DNA of 62,991 nucleotides, the filler included, from Choristocarpus tenellus KU-1152 (lineage: Eukaryota > Protista > Phaeophyceae), in the NCBI GenBank assembly GCA_964200185.2. It is 10 parts of 10 records of this genome, joined end to end, with 100 filler letters (N's around TTAATTAATTAA, not from the genome) between each part and the next. Parts side by side here need not be neighbours in the genome. Positions count along the whole stretch, not along the records: positions 47,682 to 54,707 come from CAXNAD020006828.1; positions 54,808 to 58,738 come from CAXNAD020017081.1; positions 58,839 to 62,991 come from CAXNAD020015951.1; 7 more parts are not named here. One strand, written 5' to 3'. The number at the start of each line of letters is the position of its first letter. Positions within the stretch are counted from its first letter, which is position 1. The notes under the pieces are model-generated. The model did no database searches. It worked only from the letters and a program-made list of their open reading frames with translations, and was not told the DNA's origin. The translations under genes were made by a program, and so were the position numbers. Positions 52,001-62,991 of the stretch are shown here, piece by piece.

Positions 52001-54840
52001 TGGGATGTTCAAGTTTCTATAGACACAAGACCTCTTATATTGTACACAATTTACACCAAATCTTTGTCGTGTAGCAGGTGTTCTGAACAAACAAAAGGGA
52101 GATGGGGTGGTGGGGGGAGATCCCGAGTGATTGCATACCATGAACACGTTATCGATTTCTATATCCAGGAAGTATGTATGTGCACATTTGCATTAATGGT
52201 GATGAGCCTAGCAGGACCTTTTCTTTGTCAACTCCAGGGTCACCAATGAGACTTGCCAAAGATCTACAAAGTCATGTTAATGAAACCGTTATTATTGATG
52301 GAGAGGGAAGGCGAAAATAACTCTTGTGCACGCTCTCGACATTCAGTCTATATTTTGATGGGCGTAGTAGGAGCGCCACTGAGTTTTGCCCACCTGTTAC
52401 ACTTCCCTGCTAGAGGGAGGTGGTGTTCAAATAATATATCCTATCTTTGTCTTTGCCATTATATTTTTTTTTCTAGGATTGTATCATTATCACTCCTCTC
52501 CCTTCCTCAACTCCTGGAGTGGTCTTAATAGTCCTGATTCCGCTGTATCCCTAACCATCATCATAACTTCCTCTTCTTGCTCATGGCACATTTGAACGTT
52601 CTGGCTTTGCCTCCCTTTCAATGGTGTCTTCATCCGAAATAGGGGATTATCATGCATGCCCCCGTATACATTATTTTGTGTCACGTTTTCTGTGTGTGCT
52701 CGTTTTGACTTTCAATTGACACATATGTGTATATTGTGTCTGTGATCGTTATATTATCAAGTAAGTTTAATGTCTTGTTCTGTATGTTTGTTCTGCCTCA
52801 TGTGTCCTTCCATGGAATGGGCGACTCACTATTTTACAGCATTTCCCTTCGGCGACGAAGGCTCAGTAGTAGGGTTTACAGCAGACGTCAACACAAGGTT
52901 AGGAGCCATGGTGAGTGCTATTTATGTCCAGAGAGTTTCATATCCACCCTTATGGGACCTACTTTCAAGTTTTCCTGTTTAATATAGCCCTAAGAACCTC
53001 TTGCCAAGCCTAGCCATATATTTTGTTATCGAATTAGACATAACAAGAAGCAATGCAAATGGTTAGTTGATGGGTACGTGAGCTGCATATTCGGTCAAGT
53101 ATACTTGGAGTTTGTTGGTTTGTTAGTAGTTATAGTACGTTGGTAGGAAAAGATCATTACTCCCTATATTTAATCGTTTGAAACATTGTATAGAATTATT
53201 GTGTTCAAAGGGTCCCTGCTTACCTGAGCTGAAGTCGAAATATATTTAGCACATAGAAAGATCTGACTCTTTATTGGCAACAGCAAATGTACCGGTATTA
53301 TTATATAGAGGGTATGGTGGTTCTATATCATTTAAGAAGATGCATCCCAGTAGTGATCTCAAGATGATTCAATGAAAATGTTGTACCCCACTTGGAATAA
53401 TCTCCTCCTGCTGATGTGTTGTACAGGAGGTTTTGAAGAGTGCCATCACCACGGGCAGAACCACAGACTTTCAGACATGGGACCTTCAAGCACGTACTAA
53501 TTCTGTTACTGTGAAGGGAGTATTCATGGGAACTTTGGACTGGATACATGTATCGGAGGTGAGGAGACAAGCTATGAGGGTAGAGTGGCTTGAGATTTGG
53601 TTTTTGGAGGTCTCTGTTATGCTTGTAGAGTGTGTTTTGAGCCTATTGCACCTATAGCGTCATGAAAGAAGTGCTTGTACTTCCAAGAGTACTGAAAATG
53701 ACTGTAATCATATTGTTTCAAGGAAAGATGCCTGGTCAGCGGTTGAGATTCTTGATGGCTCAGCAGGCAGATAGGGGTGTTTTGCTAGGCTTGACCTTCG
53801 ACTGCTACAAATGCTTTCCCATATACGTGGAAGCCGTATTTGTACTTGCATCCGTACGATGCCATCTACTCCACCAATCCACAAATCCACCAACACCAGA
53901 AACCAAGGCGACGAATTAATGATAAAACTGCAACCTGCAAGCCTCAGGGCCACGAGGTGCCAATGGATCAGCAGTGTTTTAGCATTTTCAGATAGCACGG
54001 TAGGTTTGAAATGGGGTACATAGACAATTCCGATATCTATATTTCCATATTTAATATAGTGGTACAGGACGCAAAACAAAGCAAAAATTTGCTAACATGC
54101 AGTTCAAGGACCAAAGTAGCCATCACCTGAAACCTTTGATCTCAAGATATACAAAGGTTGCTTGGTCCATATAAAAGCAATAACATATATTTCTATTGTT
54201 TGAGTAACAGTTGGGTTTCATTGAGGGAGCAGACTCATAAAATATATTTGCTCTATGCTTTTTCATCAACCTTGATGACTTTTGATCTATATATTGCTTG
54301 GTGGATGCGATGAATGGGAAAAGGACTGTAAAAGGGGACTAAGAATGATATTGGTATTTTTTTGGTTTCAGTCGTGGCCAGCGCTTTCTGCAATATGGGT
54401 AGGGTAGAATTTGGTCCAGATTCTGATAGGATCATCTTAAGTATCAATACAACAATGATGTCCTGTTAGCATGCTTGATGTCAGCAAGAATATGTAAGTA
54501 TTACTCCATAACACTCACTATGCATTCAAATATCGAGGAGCTCGGAGGTGTGACACGTTCCCAAGCACTGCAAATCAGGCACTTCTCGCACTGAACAGGT
54601 ACAGTATCTGTTTGCAATCTCCTCTTCCGTCCGCTGTGAGCATGCTACAAGTAAGCGGATGAGAAACAGTTTGCCATATTGACTCAAAGTATCTGGGGGG
54701 GGGGGGTNNNNNNNNNNNNNNNNNNNNNNNNNNNNNNNNNNNNNNNNNNNNTTAATTAATTAANNNNNNNNNNNNNNNNNNNNNNNNNNNNNNNNNNNNN
54801 NNNNNNNCCCCCCCCCCCCCTCCCCTAGATACTTTGACCC

Positions 54841-55060
54841 TATTCCATGTATGGTCTATCATATTTGATATATGGTCTTATAATATTCCATGTATGGTCT
54901 ATCATATTTGATATATGGTCTTATCATATTCCATACAACGTCTATTATATTCCATGTGTGGTCTATCATATTTCATACATGATCTATCATATTTCATACA
55001 AGGTCTATCATATTTCATACATGATCTATCATATTTCATACAAGGTCTATCATATTTCAT
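54841..55060. repeat. ~20-bp degenerate minisatellite
   Basis: Repeats of GGTCTATCATATTTCATACA-like units. Confidence 0.85.
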
Positions 55061-58000
55061 GTATCATACACTCAATCCCTGCCCAAAGACGATCTCCACC
55101 TTTCTTGCCTCTGCATACATATGTAAGTTTTGGAAACATACTGTAGGCCTCCTTAAGGACGATGCAGCCTTTGCGTTTCTAATACTCTGTGGAATTAGGG
55201 AATTAGGGAACACGAAAAAACGCTACAATTTGTGCCCAATAATCAAGATTCAACACTATTAAAAAAAAAATGAATGTGTATATTTGGTTTAGTCTTGGAC
55301 ACATCTAGTCCACACTATTCGTATGATGTAAAGTTTCTATTCTTACTTCGTAGTATAAGATAGTATTATCAAAATTGCTGCTGCTTCCACTAAGGCACTG
55401 TATAACTCATACATGCGCAAAACTACGTGTATACATAAATACTTCTACGCACATTATTACAAACGAAAAAATAGGTATTTTGAGTAGTAATCTCAGTTAC
55501 GACATCTTCTGACCCATCGCAGCAAGCTCTACTTTTCCTTGTGCTGGGCTATTGCATCATAGTCAACATATATATGCATATCCACAAGCATATGCTCTTG
55601 GTGATGATGAATTGTCATAGCTCCGATGGACAATAGACTGTAGAACACATTACACAAGTGCACAGCATGAGCATACATACAAGCTAACGTTCATACCCCA
55701 TTGTATACTGTTGCATATATATGTGTGTGTGTGTGTCTTTTCACAGGACCGTTGCAGGACACAAGAGCAATGCACACACTTGGACACACCTACGCACGTA
55801 AGCATTGTCCTTGTCTGTGATCCCCACTGTTGCTTCCAGCGAACCACATCAAAAGACACATACAGGATACACACACAAAGAATAGCACAGCACACACATA
55901 GAGCAAAGGGGGAATAATACAGGCATATTCGATTGAAAATTGTGTGTGAGATGCCCTTCCTCTTGTTCAACAAAGAACAACGTGCGCTAAGATAGTGCTG
56001 TCACAGTACTTCGAATCTTACTTCAGCCCTCAATATTGCCGCTGCCTCCACTCTTGACACGTTCAATGCCTACAGCATGCGGAAAGAAGAATTGCGTTCA
56101 TGGTGTTTCCGTTGATGGTGCTGACAAGTAATAACATATCATCAGCCGATATTACGTAAGTATACTTCTGTGCGAAGTACCTACTTCAACGTGCAACAAA
56201 TGCTGCTTGCTGTTCTGGGGGGGTACCATGAGCATTCCTGGTCGAAGATTCATTCCGAGTCCTACACATGTCAGAGTAGCACATTACCACAAATTGTAGG
56301 TCATCTTGTGCAGGTATGTAGAGTTGTTTCGTGCTACTAATGTACTGAAGACATTGTGGTACATGTATCATGGGTCCTGGCGCGATCTTCAATACTACCA
56401 GTTGATACCATTTCCATACAACCTTCAACTTGGATACTACTTCCTAGGGAGCAGTGAAGGCTCGACTGCAAAAAGTGTCTCGGAAAAAGCGGACAAAAGT
56501 GTTAAAGTGAGTCATGCACTTCAAGCTGGAGACAATGGGTCGGTGGGTGAGGTGGTGCCCAACAAACTCCTGGGATTCTTCCCTCATTTCTCGACCATCG
56601 AAATAGTTGTAGTCCAGAAGTTCAACTGAAACAACACACCTCTGGCTTTTGCATAGGAAGGTCTTCGTTGCAAGTAGCACATACTCATTATTAATAGTAA
56701 TAGTCGTATCTGTCTGTTGTGCTACTTCGCATGTTCTTTCTTACCATGAAAAAACGGCAAAAGATCGATGTGCACAAAATAACATACTTGCAATCAAGTC
56801 AAGTCTGTGTCCATCTACAATAAGAAGCAAATGACAAGATAAATATAATATGTTTCATATGTCAATTTATAATTCGTAAAATCTTCTGTCCTGGGTGGGA
56901 ACTTAAGACACTACAATGTAGAACCAATCGTGTTTCAGCATGTGACCTACAAGACTCTCCAGGCAAAGGTCCCCTGGTTCATGACGTCAATAGGTATCAC
57001 CCTTGAAATCATCCCCAATATCACAGACAGGAACTGTGGGGTACATGCTCTTATCTACATCTCCAAGTGGATAAAGGTGAGGTGTGTACTTCTTGCGACT
57101 ACATATTTGTCAGTGTATAGCATAGACAATACTACTGCTTCATGCCAATGTCTTTAGCCCACTCTACAATCAATACTTCTGCTCCCCCTCAATTGATGCT
57201 TTTCTCCTCCTTCTATAGATGCTGCAGTGCTACACCCTTGCCCTTAATAACTTCATGTCTGGCACAAGAACCTTGTAGTAATTTTTGTGTCCACGAGTTC
57301 AACCACCTAGCGGCCGAGATTATGTTGCATCGTGGGAAGGCAGTTGACTATCCCATGGGTGACTGACAGTACGGTATGATCGTTTGTGCTCAGGTACAGG
57401 CGTGGAGGAGGCTCAGGCTGCCAGTCTAGCATGTGGTCCTGCAGGTGGTTGAAACGCACAGGCTCAGATGCTTTAGTTTGAGCTGTGTGAGCACGCTGCG
57501 TGGCACACTTCGAAATAGCTAAGTGCATACTCTCACCTAACTGTCTGTAGCCTCCCTTATTATAGAGGCACCTACCTTCCTGTGGCAATGCTGGGAGAGG
57601 GGGTGGACAGTTTCAAGATATGAAGTATTTATTTTGGGTGACTTATCCTTTCAAGAAGGATCACATCAGGGCCCAAGACAACCTGTAGCCCCAGGGAACA
57701 TTGATGGACCCCTGCCTCAGACTGCCTCCAACCTTCCCACCCCAAACCGAAATATACATCCCCTGTCCAGAATTTTCGCACTTGTTCCGCTTTACTCACT
57801 TCCTACTCAACCATCTCACTGCTTCCTACACAAAACCGATCACACCTACCACGTTTCGCCCTGCATGCTACCATCCTTCCATGCTCCCTGCAAAACACCC
57901 TGTTCACACTCAAAGCAACACTGCAGCACTTTACCCACAATACACCTCCCACCAGAATTAGTCAGCCACGATACACTGCCCATCCAAACCGAACACATAA

Positions 58001-58548
58001 TAGTATACTCCAGTTCTGTCAGCATCCCACGTCCATTCTATGAGCCCTTTCTCAAAATGTTGGCCACTCACCCACATAACTTGGCAACATACACCCTCTC
58101 CCGGTGCGTTTCATGCCAGTGCTCCATACTCTTGTACTACTTCAACATGACACTGCATTCCTAACTCCAGTTTTCCAAAAATAGATGAGCACAAAACCTG
58201 TGTACACACTCATAAATAATCAGTAGTCCCCGTGCCAGCACTTATCTGACCTTACATCCTACTCATAGTTTCCTCATATCGATCACATTACTCCTTGAAG
58301 AATGCAACTGCACTATGCACTCTCCTAAAGTTTCTTGCACTCCAGCCCCGACTTTAACATCACCCCGCCCATGATTCATAGTAGTAGTAGTTAGTAGGGG
58401 GATTGGACGATTATGGACTTCCTCTGGAAGAAAAGGTGCTTGTAGTGGAAGGGCTGGCGTATATGATACAGTCATAGTAGTAGTAGTAGTTTTTGTGCGT
58501 TTGAGGCCATTCCTGGTCTCTTCTTTGTTCCAACGAGTCAGTCAGTCA

Positions 58549-58738
58549 GAGTGAAAGTATCTTATTAAGAGAGGGTATAAGTTTCGCCCTGTTTGTCGAT
58601 TTGGGGCTTGGCTTCCCTTGGGAGTCTTATGACATTTTCCTACTCCAAAATGTTTCGGAGTGGGCAAAATGTATCCGGAACAGGCCCAAAGTATCTGGGA
58701 GGGGGTGGCGGCTGTTCATTTGGGGTCAATTTTTTCAT
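58549..58738. mobile_element. MITE A end interrupted at 58683 by a MITE B-like terminus
   Basis: GAGTGAAAGTATCTT...GAGGGTATAAGTTTCGCCCTG...TTGGGGCTTG matches the reverse complement of the A right end; GGCCCAAAGTATCTGGG follows. Confidence 0.7.
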
Positions 58739-58838
58739 NNNNNNNNNNNNNNNNNNNNNNNNNNNNNNNNNNNNNNNNNNNNTTAATTAATTAANNNNNN
58801 NNNNNNNNNNNNNNNNNNNNNNNNNNNNNNNNNNNNNN

Positions 58839-59373
58839 AAAGCCCCTCCATCAAAATCGCCTGATAGGTTCTTTCAAGTCCTTGACAAAGCCCCTCCATC
58901 AAAATCGCCTGATAGGTTCTTACAACTCCTTGACAAAGCCCCTCCATCAAAATCGCCTGATAGGTTCTTTCAAGTCCTTGACAAAGCCCCTCCATCAAAA
59001 TCGCTTGATAGGTTCTTTCAAGTCCTTGACAAAGCCCCTCCGTCAAAATCGCCTGATAGCTTCTTTCAACTCCTTGACTAAGCCCCTCCATCAAAATCGC
59101 TTGATAGGTTCTTTCAAGTCCTTGACAAAGCCCTTCCATCAAAATCGCCTGATAGGTTCTTTTCTTAGAACTCCTTGACAATCCCCCCCCATTAAAATTG
59201 TCTTGACAGGTTCTTACAACTCCTTGGCAAAACCCCTCCATCAAAATCGCCTGATAGGTTCTTACAACTCTTTGGCAAAGCCCCTCCATCAAAATGGCCT
59301 AATAGGTTCTTACAACTCTTTGGCAAAGCCCCTCCATCAAAATCGCCTGATAGGATCTTACAATTCCTGGACA
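58839..59373. repeat. 48-bp minisatellite, ~11 copies
   Basis: Unit ACAAAGCCCCTCCATCAAAATCGCCTGATAGGTTCTTTCAAGTCCTTG; lies upstream of an internal asparagine synthetase exon, so probably intronic. Confidence 0.95.
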
Positions 59374-59588
59374 AAAACCCCATCATACATCGAAGTTTTA
59401 TGAAAAAGTAACAGTGTTGGGTCACCTCTCTCCTTGGCAGTTGAGATATTTGATAATCGTAAGCAACACTTGGTACAACAGAGGTGTAGTTTGTTTCTTT
59501 AATAAAGTCTTGTTTTGTACACATTTGTTAACTCTCTTTTCTCTCTTTCTCTCTTTCTCTTTCTCTTTCTCTGTGTTTGGATGCGTAG

Positions 59589-62500
59589 GCTGCGAAGGAG
59601 GTGGCTCAGTTCTTGGATACTATTCACCACAACTATGTCTACAGCATTCAGGAGGGACTGGACGCTATCAGGGAGGTGTGTTTTGTAGCCTGTGTTGACT
59701 GTGTAGCTGCCACGTAGCCATTTTTTTTTTAGGGCTATGTAGCCTAAAGATCAGGGTTAGGGTTAGGGTTAGCATTAGACTTATTGCTATATTGCATAGA
59801 GTTATTCCAACAAGAGATGCAAATACTGCTGGACATATATTGTCCATCCATCCGTCCATCTGTCCATCCATCTCTATTTTAAAAACAAGGTATACCTTTT
59901 TCTGTATTTACTATTTTCAGGTTCTCACCTGATTGGTCTAGGAGTTCTGCCTGATCCCTCCTCTCCGTTACGTTATTTATTTTATAATCTTTAAATAATA
60001 AAAACGATTCAGTAGTCATTGTTCTTCGGTCCTAGAATAAGGTACACCTTTTTTGTATTTCTTGTATGCGTTATAATATTCTGCAGGATACCCCCCCTTC
60101 CCCCCCCCCCTCGTTTGTCAACTTGTTTTCCTCTCCTCTGATTGGCTGAAAATTATTATCTTGTTGTGTGTAAGTCTTTCTTTACTGAGATCCCTCTTTC
60201 CCCTCTGATGGGTTTTTGCATCCTGTAAAGAATATAAATGGGGTTGTAAAATAAAAAATGATAAATTAAAGTCTTTTTTATTGTTTTTTGTAGTTTTTTT
60301 TGTATCCTGTAGTAAATAAATGGGGTCATACATGTTACATTTTTTGGGGTAATTTATAGTGTTCTTTCTAATTGGTCTTGTGTGGGGTTTTTGTATCCTG
60401 TAGTAAATATATGGGGTCATACATGTTACATTTTTTTGGGGTAATTTATAGTGTTCTTTGTAATTGGTCTTTTGTGGGGTTTTGTATACTGTATGAAATA
60501 AATCGGGTTATAAATGTAAAAAAAATGACTTCATAAATATAATGTTCTTTTTATTGTTCTTTTGTGAGTTTAATATCCTGTCAAAGAATTTTAATCGATT
60601 TGTAAATTAAAATATTGTTGTAAAAAAAATTGTGTTGTTAAAAAATGATAAATAAATGATCCTTTCTAATTTTTTTTTCCAGATTGTGAAAATAACAAAA
60701 AATTGTGTAAATAAATATTCTTTCTTTGTGTGTGCCTTTGTTTTTATGTGTATTTATGTGGGTGTGTGTATTATGTGTATATATGTGTGTGTGTATATAT
60801 GTGTGTATGTATGTATGTGGGTGTGTATATATGTATGTATTTATGTATGTATGTATTTATGTATGTATGTATGTGTGTGTGTGTATATATGTATGTGTGT
60901 ATGTATGTATGGTTTATCTTTGTTAACAATCTCTTGCAGGTGATCAAGCATGTTGAAACCTATGACACCACGACTATTCGGGCCAGTACCCCAATGTTCC
61001 TAATGGCAAGGAAGATCAAGGCAATGGGCGTCAAAATGGTCCTCTCTGGGGAGGGAGCGGATGAGGTTGGTCACTTGATGGTTTGAACATTTTTTTGTTC
61101 TTATTATAGCCCTCGCCCTTTATTGTGTTGTACTGTATTAAGTGTATGTTATTGTGTAGTGTTGTATTGCATGTGTTTTACAGTGTTGTAATTATTGTAT
61201 TGTGTTAGATTTTGTTGTGTTCTGGTGCATTAATTGTGTTGCATCGCATTGTGTTATATTGTGTTGCATTGTAGTATATCTGTAGTATGAATTGTGTTGC
61301 ATTGTGTTCAATGTAGTATCTGTAGTATGTATTGTGTTAAATTTTATTTTATTGTATTGCATTTTATTGTGTTGCATTGCATTGTGTATTATTGTTGTGT
61401 TGAATTGTATTGCATTATATTTATTATATTGTATCCTGGGGTGTTGTGTTCCACTTTATGGTGGTTTACACTTTCATTTCTTAATTTTTTATATCTGACA
61501 ACAGTACTCTAATTGCAAGTGATTGCAAAGTGATACGGTCTAAAAGGGGTGATGATTTTGGACACATTTTTATTTTTCATTTTTCATTTTTTTGTGTGAT
61601 GTACGCCATCCATGCACACGCCTTGAATTAAGTTGAAACCTCACTTGAGAGGGTGTGGCTGTAGAAGGTAAGACTGCCTGCAAAACACACATAGCTACCT
61701 GAAAGCTTGCTCGACACGGCGCTCTGAATGTACGCAACACCAAATTTAAGGAAAAGGTGTACCTTTTTCGAAGGAAAAGCAATCAATACTCCGCTTCTGA
61801 AATGGTCTCATTCTCACACTAGGTGCTGCTGATGTTTTGAGAGGGTTTGGGTAGTCTTACCTATTGGGTTCTTGTATTTTTAGGGGCGTTATTCTGGAAG
61901 AGAGAGAATGAGATGACATCAGGCTGATGTTTTGAGGGGTTTTTCAAATTTTACTGATTGGGTTCTTGTATTTTTAGAGGCATTTTCTTGTATGGTGACT
62001 ACAGTATGTGTGGAGATTGCATAGAGGAAGGTATAAAGACGTTCCATGGGTTTGTGAGAGGGGGGGGGGAGGCGGCTCTGTGGTGGGTGATGCGGAGGGG
62101 GGGGGGGGCTTGGAAAGTAAGGTGGTGGTTGTTTTATTTGGTGCCTTTCTTGGGATAGAAAAGAAGTTTAAAGTTGTTGCAACAATGATACGACCAACTG
62201 TGAATTGAGCTGGTGATGGTATGACTTACTGAATGTATATATATATGTGTATACATTTTTGTTCTTTCATTGGTATTTGTATACCTTCTAATGTCATACT
62301 GATCTGTGGTGTTTGTGTGTGTGTGTTTGTTGGTTTTATACCTTAAAATGTCATATGGAACTGTGGGGGTAAATATAGTAATTGGTGGTGTACCTTGCAA
62401 TGTCATGCTGTTAGTTGTGTTTGTATATAGTGTATATTTATTGATTTACCTTATAATGTCATGCTGTTTGTGGTGTTTGTATGTACTAGTATATTTATTG

Positions 62501-62882
62501 GTGTACCTTACAGTGTCATAATGTTGGTGGTGTTTCTATATACTAGTATAGGGTCAAAGTATCTGGGGGGGGGTGTTGGCGTCCGTTTTTCACCCTTTTT
62601 TCGATTCTCAAAAAAAATGTTTGACCGAAACGGACACCCCCTCACAAACCACACACCCCCCCCAGATACTTTGACCCATATTTATTGGTGGTATACCTTA
62701 AAATGTCTTTGTAAATTTTGTTTTCGGCTCTTCCCTTCCCCCCCCCCTGGTCGCCCCTACTCCCCCCCATCCCATTAAAAAATATTGTCTTGGTTACCTC
62801 TGAATTGCAGGTGTTTGGGGGTTACCTCTACTTCCACAAGGCGCCCACTGCCCAGGAATTCTTTGAGGAGACCAGGGACAAG
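59589..62882 (+). CDS. ASNS: Glutamine-hydrolysing asparagine synthetase, internal exons 59589-59675, 60940-61065, 62811-62882 (partial at both ends)
   Basis: [14 protein letters not shown]...[10 protein letters not shown]|[42 protein letters not shown]|[12 protein letters not shown]...FFEET; diagnostic AsnB motifs with phase-0 GT-AG introns. Confidence 0.97.
60725..60912. repeat. (TG)/(TATG) compound microsatellite, intronic
   Basis: Directly visible low-complexity tract before the exon at 60940. Confidence 0.9.
62551..62677. mobile_element. MITE family B, complete 127-bp copy in an ASNS intron
   Basis: Perfect TIRs GGGTCAAAGTATCTGGGGGGG / CCCCCCCAGATACTTTGACCC; inner GTCCGTTT / AAACGGAC pair; ATA on both flanks. 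Confidence 0.93.
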
Positions 62883-62991
62883 GTAGGCTGATGCTATTGG
62901 TGTTTAATGGTTCTTGAGGAAGAAGGTTGCTTGCCTTGGGTGACAATGGGTGGGGTGGGAGAGGGGAATGGGGTGTGTGTGGGGGGGGTTG

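Noticed and set aside
58783-59524. 16-aa repeat protein or CRISPR array
   Set aside because: Head-to-tail 48-bp minisatellite with no unique spacers; open in several frames and apparently intronic.
59921-59970. Additional ASNS exon after TTTTCAG
   Set aside because: Exons ending at 59675 and starting at 60940 join into contiguous conserved sequence.

Overview
Eukaryotic, intron-rich genomic DNA. A stramenopile or algal origin is my inference only. The window is 10 fragments joined by nine identical 100-nt artificial spacers (44 N + TTAATTAATTAA + 44 N), so contiguity across spacers is not established. Four partial host genes can be reconstructed exon by exon: a VPS13-family C-terminal part (+, 2593-6781), the TPR C-terminus of a CLU/clustered-mitochondria protein (+, 7197-10770), a flavin polyamine/amine oxidase (-, 31449-35408) and asparagine synthetase B-type (+, 59589-62882). 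The rest is mostly mobile-element material. It includes a decayed Ty3/Gypsy pol, a probable DIRS/Ngaro-type tyrosine recombinase relic, an intact-looking Myb/SANT-like (Harbinger-accessory-like) gene, two related MITE families with 3-bp target duplications, and several very short retroposon 3' ends with a hairpin, a (TAA)n tail and TSDs. Minisatellites and interstitial TTAGGG runs are common. The most intriguing candidate is a pseudogenised, intron-containing unit that seems to join a tyrosine-recombinase-like domain to a PHD finger and an acidic repeat tail (13.3-15.2 kb, possibly to 18.3 kb). All domain calls come from reading motifs by eye; no searches were run. No CRISPR array, rRNA or tRNA was found.
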